Source: Camelus ferus (lineage: Eukaryota). From it: 64,000 nucleotides of DNA. A model generated the notes under the pieces. It did not search any database. It was not told the DNA's origin and worked only from the letters and a program-made list of their open reading frames with translations. The DNA lies in NCBI RefSeq assembly GCF_009834535.1, contig NC_045698.1, positions 7,442,001-7,506,000 on the forward strand, in the 5' to 3' direction. The position numbers and the translations under genes were made by a program. This document shows positions 39,101 to 51,637 of the stretch, one piece after another; within the stretch, counting starts at the first letter, position 1; each line of letters opens with the position of its first letter.

Positions 39101-39418
39101 CAGTTGTCCATTGATATCTGAGGGGGATTGGTTCCAGGACCCCTGACACCCATACCCAAATCCACAGATGCTCAAGTTCCTTATATAACATGGTGCAGTA
39201 TTTGCATATTACCTATGGAATCCTTCTTTATACGTTAAATCATCTCTAGGTTACTTATAATACTTAATTCAATGTAAATATTATGTAAATAGTTGCCAGG
39301 ACGCAGCAATTCTAGTTTTGCTTTTGGAACTTTCTGGAATTTTTTTTCCCCAAATATTTCCCATCTGCAGTTGGTTAAATCTGGGGTTGTGGAACCTGTG
39401 AGTATGAAGGGCTGAATG
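39101..39418. mobile_element. Full-length MER2-like (TcMar-Tigger) element
   Basis: TA|CAGTTGTCCATTGATATC...GTATGAAGGGCTGAATG|TA: imperfect terminal inverted repeats and a TA target duplication. Confidence 0.88.
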
Positions 39419-41697
39419 TACTGTCTTCTGACCTGTGGCTATTACCAGCTTTTGACATAATGCTACCCTGTGACGATCTTTCCACATTAGCACATGCATT
39501 TTAACCTTGTTCCTACTGGGGCTGACATAGTGCCAGAGAGCAGGTTTAACTAGCCAGTCATCTCTTGATGTATATTTGGGCAGTTTTCAGTCTTTTTGCA
39601 GTTGCAGGTCCCTTCATGTACTTTCAGTGCCCCTAAAATGAATCCTCGCTGTGGAATTCTTGGGGAATGTTGCGTTTTCTTTGAGTTTGGCTGTTGGTTT
39701 CCTGTCTGTATCATTCAGCCCCAGATCTGGCAGCACCAGCCTAGAGTGATGCTCACCACATTAAAGGGAACTATCTTCTTTGAGGTTTTCTTGGGACCTC
39801 AAGTCATTTCCTTACTTGAAGGTGGAAGTAAGATAAAAAACCCGGAGCCATGTCACCATGTGTCAGTGCCTCGGTTCAGAGTAAGTTGAGTACTCGCTCG
39901 AGGGAGGAGGTACTGACACATCTCAGGAGCATTTTGTTCATTCAGTAAATGCTTTCTGAGTGTCTTGCAGATATCGAGCAGTGGGGAAAAGTTAAAAAAT
40001 GTGATCCTTCTCCACTTTGAGCTCACCTTCCAGTGAGCAGTGGAGTGTGCAAGGCAGCCCCATGAGAGCCTCAGAGAATGGGTAGAAAAAGGCTGGAAGC
40101 AAGAGATGTGGAAGGGTCAGCTGTGTGACAGAGAGGCTGGGCGATGGGGGTGGTGGGGTGGGAGTGAGGGCACTCCAGGCAGAGGCCACTGCCCGTGCCA
40201 AGGCTTGGAGGCAAGGAAACCGAGGCAGGGGTAGTTACAATGGCTGGCACTGGGAAAAACCCAACCACGGGGACTTGTTAGCGTTCAGAATCCCTGGGTG
40301 GCACCACACTCAGGCACTAAATGGTACCCACGGAGCAGTGGTTCCCAGGGTGGCGGACTGGCCTCATGTAAGATGTTTTTGGAATATGCGGCATGACAAA
40401 TGCCAAATTCTTATTTTTCAGGCCAAGAAAGAAATTAAAAAGATAATCGTAAAGGCCTAACCCCATCATTTTATAAACAACAGTACATTTTAGGCTCAAT
40501 CAAGTAGCAAAAACATAATCTTAAAGGACAGCTCTTCCCAAGGGAAAAAATAAATAGTAATTCTTGACACATTTGCAAACATAGGCTCCTATGCATGCTA
40601 TATATATGAGTTATGTTTGGGTAAGTTATGTTTGCTGTGATAACGTACAACCCCAACTCTCTGGGGTTTAAAATAACAAAGTTCTGCTTATTCATTCATG
40701 CTCCTGGGGGTCAGCTGGAGGAGCTGGTGAGGCTCTGTGCTCCGTGACCTCACAGACCCAGGCTGAGAGAGACCCACCTCTGAGCTTCAAGGAGAGTCAA
40801 ACAAAGCAGAGGACAAGGGAATGTGGGCAAATCCGGTTCTGTCTCTTAACACATCCGCCCGGAAGTGACACATGCCAGTGTGCTTATGTATCATTACCCA
40901 AAGCCAATCAGAGTCCAGAGCCACTCTTTAGAGTCAGTAAAGGCAATTCTCCTATGCGGAGGGAGAGGCAATCAACGTGGGAACACTCTAGCGCTTTGCA
41001 CAACCGGATTGTCCTTGCTCTTTTGTTGTGTCCCTTCACCAGCTCCTCATGGTCCATCACATACTTGGGCGAGTACGTCTCCTCTACATGCCAACAACAG
41101 CACTGGTGGAAAAGACCGGAGAATGCCCACAGGGACATTTTTGAGGAATCCTAAGGGTTGCCTGGGACTGCAAAACACACTAGGTGGGGAGCTGCCAACT
41201 ACTTGCTTTTCTGCTAGACTCTCTGTGAGTCCATCTTATTTAAAGCTTGACATTATTGAGGTAACGACTCCTAATGTGGCCACCAGAAAAGCTAAAATTA
41301 AATAGGTGGCTTACGTTTGTGGTGTGTCTGTTGGATGGTGCTGACCGCAAATGTATAAAGGACTCAACCTGATCAATGAGGAAAAGAAACCAACAGGAAA
41401 TGGGCAGAAGACATAAATAAATCATTCACGGAGGAAGAAATGTGGGTGACCAATACACGTATTGTATAAGATCTTCAATCTGACTGCCGATTGGGGGAAT
41501 GCAAGTTAAAAACACAATAGCAGTGTGTACCCATCCGACTGGAGAAGACTGAAAGTCGGGATTTACTCACAGTATTGGGTATTGGTGAGAATGAAGAGAA
41601 TTGTAACTTTCGTACACCGATGGTGACGTTTAAGTAGTTGCAATCACTTTGGAGACCATTTGGGCACATACTCTACCCCCAGCTAGTCCCCTTAGGG

Positions 41698-41914
41698 TGA
41701 GGGTTCTTGCCTGGGGGCGATTTTGTCCCCCAGGGGGCATATGGCAGTACCTGGAGACATTTTGGGTTGTCACAACGGGGGTGACGGATGCTACTGGCAT
41801 TTAGTGAGTGGAGGCCCGGGATGCAGCTGAAACATCCTACAATACATGGGACTGTCCCTCACACTCAAGAGCCATCGTTTCAAAAGAAAGTATTTCTGTG
41901 ATCTAGAAACCCTG
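41698..41914 (+). mobile_element. MER20 DNA transposon inside an old + strand L1 (about 41260-42460)
   Basis: gggggcgattttgtcccccaggggg...ctggagacattttgggttgtcacaac...aaacatcctacaata...agaaaccctg. Confidence 0.85.
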
Positions 41915-43535
41915 ACTTCTAGGTGCAGATTCCAAGGTCGCACCGGCCGAGGCACATCAGGAGATACAGATCAAGGTTTTCACTCCAGGGCTCCATATTT
42001 AGAGCTGGGGGACTTTGGAAACAACTTCAGTGTCTATAAATTCAAGCAATAAATGACTTGTGAGGGACCCACATGCGGATGTACTGTGCTAGTCAAGGGT
42101 ACTTGCCCAATATTTGGGTAGATCGCACATCCAGCACTGAGTAAATCAAGTTTCAGGCTCATATGTACATGGAAATACTATTTTTCATAAATATTTAAAA
42201 TACAAAGTAGTACTCTATATTTAATGTCTTGTATATGAATACATGCATGTGTACTAAAAATTCAAAAGCAAAATCACATCATCGCCTAATAATGGTTGCC
42301 TCTGGGGAGGAAAGCTGCAAAAGGGAATTCCTCCTGGAATGTTGATCTCTGAACCCTGAAGCAGTTATGACAAAATATTAGCCTTTGTTCGTGTAGCCGA
42401 TGAGATGGGTGTTCCTTACGTTACTTTCTGTTTTTTCTCAATGCTGGAATTTGTTCGCAATATCACGCATGCGCGCTAGCCGCAGACCGGCGCGTGAAGA
42501 GCCGTGGTCCAGCGCTGACAGGTTATTCGGGGCTGGCCTGTTCGGTTCACCTGCATTGTCCAGTGTCGAGCTGGGCCCCGCACAGGTCGGCCCTTGGCAA
42601 GTATTTGTTGCAGGAACTACGCGTGGGATACTGCACAGGGTTTGTTACTGTGAGCTACTGAGAGGTGCTGGGACCACACCCTGCAGTGGGATGACCCCAC
42701 GGGGACCTGCCTGCTGGCCAGGTGGTCACACCCACTCCCCACCCGTCTGCACCAGCCCTTTACCCTCCAGACTTCTAACTGCACATCACAGAGAGTAACC
42801 CAGCTCAGGACACTAAAAATCACACCTAGGTAGTCTCGTGTGTGTATTTAAAGGGAAAGTGATGTCACATCACGTGAATTGCATGCAAATCTGAATGCCT
42901 GGGGAGACACTTCAGAGAGGAAGTTTGCTGCCGGGGCTTTGCTGTTGAGTTCTTTCAGCAGCTCTAAGACTCAGTCGGGAGGATGTGCCTTCACATCACC
43001 CTTTCACAACTCTGAAGAATTTAAGACCAGCAAGGATGGGCTTCCCCACAAGCTGCTGTGTTAGGATTCCCCATCCTGCAGGGGGCGCCCTCTTACATGC
43101 TCATTCCATGTTGTGCCCATGCAAATGATTCCTGCCTGTGGAGCTAGGCTTGTAGCCCACCCACCATTTTTCTCGACTATGTTGAAATAATGAACTGCTG
43201 TCAGGGGAAATTAGAATTATTAAGGCATTTATAAGATACCCCTCCTCTTTGAAATCTCGTTGGGAGAATAGTTGGCGAGAAGGTGTTTTCAGAAGACTGT
43301 CAGAATGGAAAATCTGAGTCGGACTTCTGTTGGCTCTGGTCTGTGTGTCTGCATCGCCAGGTGAGGCTGAACAGGGAAGCCAGTCCCTCATGGGGCCCTC
43401 AGCCCTCTTATGCCACTGTATTTGCTGTACCCAAATACTACGATTTTTTTTGTCATGAATTCCCATCTTCACTCCCAAGGGGAATATTCTTTTCTTGGGC
43501 TCTGATATTAATTTGCCTTTAAAGTTAACAAAGGA

Positions 43536-43710
43536 GTGGGGAGGGTATAGCTCAGTGGTAGAGCGCATGCCTAGCATGCCTAAGGTCCTGGGTTCAATCC
43601 CCAGTACCTCCATTAAAAATAAATAAGTAAATAAACCGAATTACCTCCCCCACCAAAACCAAAAAACAAACAGACAAAAAATTCAGAAAAAAAAGAAAGA
43701 GAGAATACAC
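43536..43710 (+). mobile_element. vic-1-like SINE, long-tail type
   Basis: Near-consensus body. 16-bp TSD TAAAGTTAAC(A/G)AAGGA (43520-43535 and 43711-43726). Confidence 0.95.
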
Positions 43711-45030
43711 TAAAGTTAACGAAGGAAAACTTTCCTGTAGCTTTAGTTTCAGAAGGCCAGCCTAGCAGCTGTTTTATAATGTTTGTCGGACAGGACAAGT
43801 TTCCAGGCTCACAAACAGTCCTTCTCCTGAGAGTCTGGACTTTGCTGATAACCTCCTATCAAGACCCCCTTCCTTCGACCTCATTAGCTATCCCAATTGT
43901 AAACTCGGCTCAAGGGACCTGGAAACAATTCTCAGACAGAGTAAAACGCCCTTCACACACATCTGCAAATGTTTTCGGAGATACATAAGACCAAAGCCCC
44001 ATTTAGCAAGTGATGGTTTTGGTGAGAATTATTTGCCAGTGTTTCTGTGATTGTCCTTGCTGGGCTCTTTTGCCTTCCAGCTCTGCAGGCGCGGTGCCTG
44101 TCAGTGTGTGTGCCCGGTGGGTGGACGTTGCCTGCTGTCCATGGGGTCCCGGCCACGCCCTCACCTTTGAACGTGGTAGTGCAACACTCAGATCCATTTA
44201 CCGTCTAGGAAGAAACTGTTTACTGAAGACCTAGTACTCATTCATTTATTCAACAAGTAGATGTCAGCTCGGCTATGTTCTTAGAGCTGAGGACCTGGGA
44301 GTGACGAACAAAGATCAAATTTCCATCCTGAATTTCCTTCCTTGTCATGGTTCTTAATCATAAATGAGATTAATGAAATAATGCCTAATACGTTTACCCA
44401 ACAAATTATGCCCATGATCGTGGTAACACATGGTAGCTTTTTAGAGATGTAGTGTATCTTTAGAGGACCGGAATTCTTAAGTTCTTTCATAAAACCGCAT
44501 CATCTTTCTCCTGCTCCTGTCGGTGGTATTATTATGGAGAAAGGCGTTTTGTAGAAACCGGATTTTCAAGTAACTGAAGTCTCTTGGCTCTGAACTTTAA
44601 AAATTATACTACGAATGGTGGAATTTGTTCGTGTAGTCGGGTATGGGTGACGTCTCGTTTGTTCTGTGTGATGGGGAATTACTCTTTTATTGTGCCATTT
44701 GCCTGTGGGCTTCGTATGCTTATCTTGCTGCCTTAGTCGCTCCCTTGGCTGTTTGTCAGTTCCTATTTTTTCTGTCCACTTCCCCTGTCCCCTCTTCTAA
44801 GACGGTTCTTTTCTATAGTTATTTACAGTTGTTGTTCTAAAACTGTATTTCCTCATGAGAATGTTATTCATGTAAACACCATGTTTGTGTGTACTTGTTT
44901 CCCACTGTACAATAAAATCATGTTTTAAGTTCCTCACAAATGTCGCTTTGTTTTAAAGAATTTAAACTGTACAAAAAACATATAGAGTGAAAAGTGAAAT
45001 TTGTTCTCTGAAGTGTTCTTTCCCACTTAC

Positions 45031-45540
45031 TCTTTATTAATCAGGAGTCTCCAGAGATCCAGAACCAGTAGAGTGTGTGTGTGTGTATCTGTAGATAGAG
45101 GGAGATATTCACAGATAGAAAAATACACACATTTTGATATAGATAGATGCAGCTATATATGCTGTGAGATCTTTTCATATCTTTATATCTATAACTATAT
45201 ATATGGGGAGGGATGGAGAGGAATTATTTTAAGGAATTGGTTCACACAGTTGAGGAAGCTTGCCAAAGCCAAAACCTGCAGGGTGACTGGCAGGCTGGAG
45301 ACCCAGGGGAGAATGGTAGTTCAAGTCCAAAAGCAGAATTTCGTCTTGATCAGTCTTTTTCTCTTCAAGCCTTTAACTGATTGGACGAGGCCCACCCACA
45401 CCATGGTGGGTAATCTAGTTTATTCAGCATCTACTGATTTAAATGTTAATCTCATCCAAATAAATAAATAAACTTCACAGAAACATCAAGAATAATGCTT
45501 AACCACATATCTGGGGACAGATAAAATTAACCATCCCACA
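45031..45540 (-). mobile_element. ERVL solo LTR (MLT2-like)
   Basis: ttattttaaggaattggttcacac...taactgattggacgaggcccacccaca...ataaaattaaccatcccaca. Opposite orientation to the copy at 18644. Confidence 0.85.
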
Positions 45541-45616
45541 CCTCTATTCCCCTTTCTTCTCCAGGTGATGCTACTCTTAATATTTTTATGTAATCCTTCT
45601 AGATGTTTTCTATGCA

Positions 45617-45618
<2 letters not shown>

Positions 45619-45652
<34 letters not shown>
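45619..45652. repeat. (TG)17 microsatellite
   Basis: Directly visible. Confidence 0.95.
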
Positions 45653-45655
<3 letters not shown>

Positions 45656-46019
45656 TGAGAGGTTTAACACACTTAGAAGATGATCATCTTTCTCTCCCCC
45701 ACCCCCTTTAATCTGTTAATATAATAAATGATATTGTTAGAATCCTGGTGTGATATTTCCTTTTGTCCTGCAGGGGATGGGATTTTAGTTTGTTTATCTT
45801 TGTTTTTGGATGTACACATGCTTACATTTTTAAGCAGAAACATCTTAGCTTTTTTTTGTTGTTGTTGTCATTGTTGCTCTGACTTTTCTACGAGTGCAGG
45901 CTTCGAAATTAGGGATGTATTTTGAGGGCCAAGAGTTTCTCCCTGACCTCCACAATGGGTGTTTCCACTTGTAGGTAGCTTACATTTTTTTGCCCTTAAT
46001 AATAATATTTTATTCTCAT

Positions 46020-46258
46020 TGGGGTGGGGGTATTGCTCAGTGGTAGAGCGTGTGTTTAGCATGTGCAGGGTCCTGGGTTCATCTCAGTACCTCCATAAAA
46101 TTAATTAATTAATTAATTAATTTAAAAAATCAAAATGTTAACCTATAAAAGTCACAGGACACATTCAAGTTTAGGTGCAAAGTCATCCAAACCTTCAAAG
46201 AATAAAGAAAGCAAAACAAACAAAAAATTAAAATGGATCTTACTTTAAAAATAATAAC
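46020..46258 (+). mobile_element. vic-1-like SINE with an extended non-consensus 3' segment
   Basis: Body 46021-46096. TSD AATATTTTATTCTCAT at 46004-46019 and 46259-46274. Confidence 0.88.
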
Positions 46259-47310
46259 AATATTTTATTCTCATGAATGCTTTGCTTGTGATTTTAAAAA
46301 TAAGTCATCTGTGGCTGCAGGGGACCACGTGCCAGCAGGTTCCTGCCGGTTCGGCAGGTGGACAGTATTTTCCTTTGTGACAAGTCTTTTGTTGAATGGT
46401 CTTGAAAAGCCGTGGTCAAGGGTTGCCAAAGATTGTACCTCCCTTCCCAGCTTCCTGAGCCCCAAAATGCTCCGGTTCAAATGGAGTTTAAGTTATAGCT
46501 ACACACTGGTTTAAAATAAAAATGTCAGACATTTGGAGCAAATTCTGAGAAAACAGGCGAAGAAAGTAATGATTTCTATTAGTAATGTAAGTCTCTGTGC
46601 AGACTAGAGCTGCGACTTCTGTGTTCAATACCATTTTATCCTAAGCCCTCAAATTTCTTTGTTTTTTTTCCTGATAATATCATTTCTGACCCAAGGTTAT
46701 GCTAAATTTTCCTAAGCCACTATCAGAAGGGACCTACTGCACATTTGGGGAAGGCGTATCTTAGGGGCTGGGAGCAGGGCTTTGGTTCTAGAACAGACCC
46801 CCGTAGTGGCCAGGGTAGGAAGGAGACGGGGTGAGGCTGCTTGCAAAGAGAGAGCTGAATCAAGAGCCAGTGACTTCAGGAGCCCTGGAGTTCCTGCCCA
46901 CGGGAGTTCCTCCTTTTAACCCAGAATCCGTAACTGAAGGTTGGATGGCAGGATTGGCGAAGGCGGATGTCCTTAGAATGGGCAGGTTTGCAGTATGTGT
47001 TAAAAGATTTCAAAAGAACTCTTTCCTCTAATCCAGAAATACTATTTCTGAGAATGTCCCCTAAGAAAATGAGAAATGATACGCACACAGCCTCAGGTCT
47101 CGGAATTTTAATTGCAGGTTTTACTCCTAATAGAGAAAAGTGGGAAATAATCTCAGTGCCCAGGAGTAGGATCCATTAAATAACTAAGGTTCTGCCGTAT
47201 GTATAGTGCCCCGTGGCTGTTGGAAATGTTGAAACGCAAGTGCTTTCATTGGTATGAAAAGATGTTGCTGATATGTTCCTGACAAACATACAGCAAACAG
47301 TCCTGCTTTG

Positions 47311-47475
47311 TTGCTGTTGTTGTCAAAGTAGAGTCAGTTTACAATGTTGTGTCATTTTCTGGTGTGCAGCATCGTGTTTCAGTCATCCATATACATACGT
47401 ATATTCGTTTTCACATTCTTTTTCATTGTAGGTTGCTACAAAATATTGAATATAGCTCCCTGTACTATACAGAAC
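47311..47475 (-). mobile_element. Lineage-specific L1 3' fragment
   Basis: aagtagagtcagtttacaatgttgtgtcattttctggtgtgcagc..., the same family as the copy at 25611. Confidence 0.85.
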
Positions 47476-48319
47476 TCTGTTTTGGTTTAAAGAAAAATGT
47501 GTGTGTGCGATTGTGTGTTTGGGCTATAATTTTTTTTTCTAGTCTATGTTTTTGGATTTTTTTCTGTAATAAATATGAGCCTCTCATGAAATTACGTAAA
47601 AATGAAGCGGTTGCATTTTGTACAACATGCCTTATCTGTAAGTCAGGAAATTGTAGAATATTTGAGAAATACTGTCATCCAAAGAAGTTCAAAATGAGAT
47701 TTTGGCATTTACCAGGTGGAATCACAAGTTTTCCAGGCCATCTATTGTCAAGTTAGCTGGGAGGATGACAGCGTTGATGGCAGTGAACTCTGGTTATCAG
47801 AGAAACTGAAAGCTTCTAAGTAGAGTCTGCCTGGGCTGATGACTCCTTGCTCTTTTCTCTTTAAAACTGAATTATTGCAAAACATTTCATTCTATAGATA
47901 GAATGACCTATTTTGAAGAATGCACAAGCTGGAGTATATTAAATAGCCTTTATTATAGTCACAGAATTTATACAGTTCATTGTGCTGCCCTATGAATATC
48001 AGTGTTAAAAAATCAATCTCTAAAACTTTGAAAATTCTAATATTTGAGATTTAATGTTTTGATACGGCAACTAGGAGCCTTATTGAGATAAGCAGGCAAG
48101 GTTGCCCATGCCCTCTCCTCATTCCACGAAAATTACATTCCTATTAAAAATCTGTTAAAAATATAGCTGGGCCACTGTGGGATTGCCCTAGGCTTAAGCC
48201 TGGCATCCCCATGTGTTGGTGGGTGCAGCTGGTAGAGCTCAGAGTCACTTGATCATTAACTCTGGATCTCGAATTCTTACTCTGAATTTTAGGATCTCAC
48301 TGGTCCCTTTGTTACAAGG

Positions 48320-48460
48320 TGTCTTAATCAGCTTGGGCTGCTGTGAAAAAAAAAATTAAAAATGGGTAGCTTAACAACAGAAATGTATTTCCCACAGTTC
48401 TGGAGGCTAGAAATCTTTGATCCGGGTGCTGGCACGTCAGGTTCTTGTCTTGATTTTCGG
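48320..48460 (-). mobile_element. MaLR LTR (MLT1A-like) fragment, probably resuming at about 49223-49290
   Basis: tgtcttaatcagcttgggctgc...ttaacaacagaaatgtatttcccacagttctggaggctagaa. Confidence 0.75.
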
Positions 48461-49222
48461 TGTTACCGAACTCAGGTTTGGCTGCTCGCTGCTCCAAGGC
48501 CAGTACTCAAGAGACGAGTACTGTTTGTTGGAAAGGAAAGTTTGCTTTATGCAGGAGGACGGCAGCCTGGGGAGAAGGTAGACTCATGTCCAAGAACCAA
48601 CTCCAAAGATTCTGCTAGATCATGAAATTTCTTAAAGGGAGAAAGGAGAAGTTAATTGCAGTTAATCGTCTGGGGAAGGAATCGGAATCTTCCACTGTGT
48701 GCAGACTTTCTTCTGATTGGTTGGTGGTGAGGTAACGGGGCGGTGCTCCAGGAATCTTGTGCTCAGCCTGAAGTTACCGTCATCCACCTGGGTGGGGGCC
48801 TTAGTTCCTGCAGAAGAACTCAAAGGTATTGTTAAGTCTATTCCTTGAGGGAGAACCAGGACCCTGCCCCATGCTGCACTGTTGTTTCTTGACTGCTCCT
48901 CCTTTGTTTCTGCATTTTCTCCCTTCCCTGTTAAGCAAATGTTTGACTCTTGAACCCAGGGAAGACGAAGGAGGCTAAATGAAGCCTATTTCCTACAAAC
49001 AAGAAATTGGAGCAGGGAGGGTATAGCTCAGGGGTGGAGCGCATGCACGAAGTCCTGGGTTCAATCCCCAGTATCTCCATGGCAAACAAACAAACAAACA
49101 AACCTAATTGCCTCCTCCCACCCCCCACCAAAAAAAAAAAAAAAGAAAAGAAAAAATAGATGGAGGGGGACATGGAAAGGATTTCTACCCAGGAGGGCCC
49201 CACAGAGTCCGGCTCAGTGTCA
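48461..49222 (-). mobile_element. ERV1-class solo LTR containing a vic-1-like SINE (about 49013-49155)
   Basis: TGTTACC...GTGTCA ends and CCAAT on the minus strand. Strongly similar to 50583-51127, which lacks the SINE at tttcctacaaacaagaaat/ggggac. Confidence 0.88.
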
Positions 49223-49294
49223 CTGGTGCACAGATGATGCCGTTGTCACCTGCCTGGCATCTGCAGGAGTCCCCTGTGGTGTCTTCTTTTCTGA

Positions 49295-50104
49295 TGTCAG
49301 GCGTGTGGATTTTCTTTGACACCAGATATGTGTCGTTTTTCCACACCAGCTCTCCCATTCTCTGCGACTCCAGCAGGCTGTCTAACCATTCAGTTCAATT
49401 CTGACACTATCTAGAGTCAGCATGGACCCCCCCCAAGTGAAGGGCTCAGTCCCACAAGACTGCCCTCACTTCAGATGCCAGCCACAGGACCCAGGAGTCA
49501 CCTTCTGACTGACCGGCCCTAAATCTGGGGGTTCCTGCAGCTCCGCCTCCAGTTCAGCAATTTGCTAGAAAGACACACACATCTCGGGAGGGCGTTTTAC
49601 TGCCTGTCCTGGTTTACTGCAACGGCTGCAGCTCGGGAGCAGCCAGATGGAAGGGCTGCGCAGGGCCAGGCGTGGAGAGGGGCGCGGGGCTTCCATTCTC
49701 TCTCCCCGGACTCAGCCCTCCTAGTGCCTCCGTGTGTTCCCCAAGCCAGGAGCTCTCAGAATCCCATTGTTCAGGGCTTCTTTTTTTTTTTTTTTTTGAG
49801 GTTTCATTAGGTAGACATGATTTGCTCTGACTATTACATCATTGGCCATTAGTGATTGAACTCAGTTTTCAACCCTCTCCTCCCCACCCCAGGGATGGGA
49901 TTGGGGAGGCTGGTGCTTGGAGCTGAAAGAGACAAACTTCTAATCTCAAGGTTGGTTTTCCTAGAGACCAGCCCCCATCTGGAAGCCACCTAGCACCAGC
50001 TTCCACCACGAGTCATCTCATTAGCACACAAAAAACTGATTTCTAAGGGTTTTAGGAGCTGTGTTCCAGGAAATGGGGACCCCCCCATTCCTCTACCCAT
50101 CACA
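49295..50104 (-). mobile_element. MER21-like LTR
   Basis: attcagttcaattctgacacta...agggctcagtcccacaagactgccctcacttcagatgcca...aagggttttaggagctgtgttccaggaa...atcaca. Confidence 0.8.
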
Positions 50105-50582
50105 CCTGGTCTCCCTGCTTCCACTCTTAGAGTCTGTTTTCTGACTAGCAGCCAGAATTGATGCAGATAATTGAAAGCGGACTGCTCACAACAGCCCTCA
50201 TCGCACTCAGATCAAACCCCAGTCCTGCCCTGACCCCCGAGGCTGCCCAGCTCCCTCACAGGCCTCCTGGCCAGTCTCTGGGTGGCCGGGCACAGCCCTC
50301 TGCCTGCAGCCCCCCTTCCTTGTCTGCTGGCGCCTTCCCCCACCTCCTCCCGCCTTTGCCCAGTGCCTCCTTCTCAGCGAGCCCATCCTAGCACCTACTG
50401 TGAGACTGAAGCACTTGGCCCCTGTACTCACAACCTCCCTGGCCTGAGTTAAACTTTTAACACATTCCAGCATCTACACCTTAGGTCTGTAGTTGACGCT
50501 TTTCCCTCCCGTTAAAATAGAATGTAAGCGCCCTGAGGGCAGGGTCTTTGTTTCCAGACACAGGCCTCCTCAGCACTCAGCC

Positions 50583-51127
50583 TGTTACTGAACACAAGTT
50601 CCTGTGCTTGATGCACAGTGAGGCCAAACAAACCGAAACGTTGGCGTTTGGAGCAGAGAAAGGTTTACTGCAGGGCCGAGCAAAGAGAGCGGGCAGCCTG
50701 TGCTCAAATACTCCAAACTCCCCGATGGTTTCCAGGGAGACATTTTTATAGGCAACGTGTGGGGCAAGGCCGCACGGTGTGTGACTTTTCTGATTCTTAT
50801 GGTCGGTGGTGCGGGAACATGGCGGTGCCCCAGGAATCTTGCGGTCAGTCTGAAGTTGCCATCCTCCACCTGGGTGGGGGCCTTGGTTCCTATAGAAGAA
50901 CTCAAAGATATTGGTTCCTTGAGGTGGAACCAGGACCCTGCCCCATCTCTGCACTATTCTGTCTTTGCCTTCCCTCCCATCCCTGATTAGCCGCTGTTTG
51001 AATCTGCACTTTGGAACTCAGGGAAGGTCAAGGAGGCTGATTGCAGCCCATTTCCTACAAACAAGAAATGGGGGACACAGAAAGGATTTGTACCAGAGAG
51101 GGTCCCCCAGGGTCCTGCCCCGTTTCA
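50583..51127 (-). mobile_element. ERV1-class solo LTR, about 180 bp upstream of exon 2
   Basis: TGTTACTG...GTTTCA ends. Flanks AGCC/AGCA form an imperfect 4-bp TSD. Confidence 0.87.
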
Positions 51128-51305
51128 AGCATGCATTTGAGAACAAGCCGAGGCTGGCCTGCTCTAACCTGTGGCTGAGACCCGGGCCTGGCTCCACACC
51201 TCCTTAGCCCTGCTCGTCCTCCCCTGGGGGCAGGGGGTGCCCGTGGGGTCTGTGGTGGTGACGCTCGGCTCTGCCCCTCTGACCTGTTTCCCTCTTCATT
51301 TCTAG

Positions 51306-51435
51306 ACTGGCCTTATTGTCGCCTGCTACCACGGCTTTGTGGACACTGTGGTGGTCTTAGCAGAGTGCCCCCATGTTGACGTCAACTGGCAGGACAGCGA
51401 GGGGAACACGGCCCTAATCACAGCTGCACAGGCAG
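51306..51435 (+). CDS. ANKRD33B: ANKRD33B coding exon 2 (130 nt; ankyrin repeats)
   Basis: Branch-like CTGAC (51279-51283), polypyrimidine tract and TCTAG| acceptor. Reads in frame with exon 1 as [43 protein letters not shown](G), giving the ankyrin motifs DRNGRTGLIVA and [12 protein letters not shown]. Ends at donor CAG|GTAAG (phase 1). Confidence 0.96.
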
Positions 51436-51637
51436 GTAAGACCCAGCTTCCCTTCCCTCCCCGAGCCAAGGCCAAGCAGAGCTGCCAGGCAGTGGTGGGG
51501 GGGGGGGTGCGCATGATCTCAGTGCCTGAGTTAGTGTGTGAGGGATGGAATAGATCAGGAGTTATGCTTTACTGCCAAGAGGGACAGGAAAAGGGCTGAG
51601 GGTAGGTGCACATTCTCTTCGTGTGTTTGGGACAGTG

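Larger units (their letters stand above)
4966..51305 (+). other. ANKRD33B: ANKRD33B intron 1 (46,340 bp, GT-AG)
   Basis: Joins exon 1 and exon 2 in frame through the middle of an ankyrin repeat (NGR|TGL). Confidence 0.9.

Noticed and set aside
43538..43612. tRNA-like sequences (A and B boxes) as tRNA genes
   Set aside because: They have A tails, TSDs and diverged copies, so they are SINEs.
42384..44650. Shared 13-mer TTTGTTCGTGTAG followed by ATGGGTG at about 42384 and 44624
   Set aside because: The similarity is short. It is best explained by two old L1 3' remnants or by chance.
48461..51127. Two similar same-orientation LTRs as the ends of one provirus
   Set aside because: Their R/U5 sides differ, and the DNA between them is MLT1, MER21 and L2-like, with no PBS or gag/pol seen.
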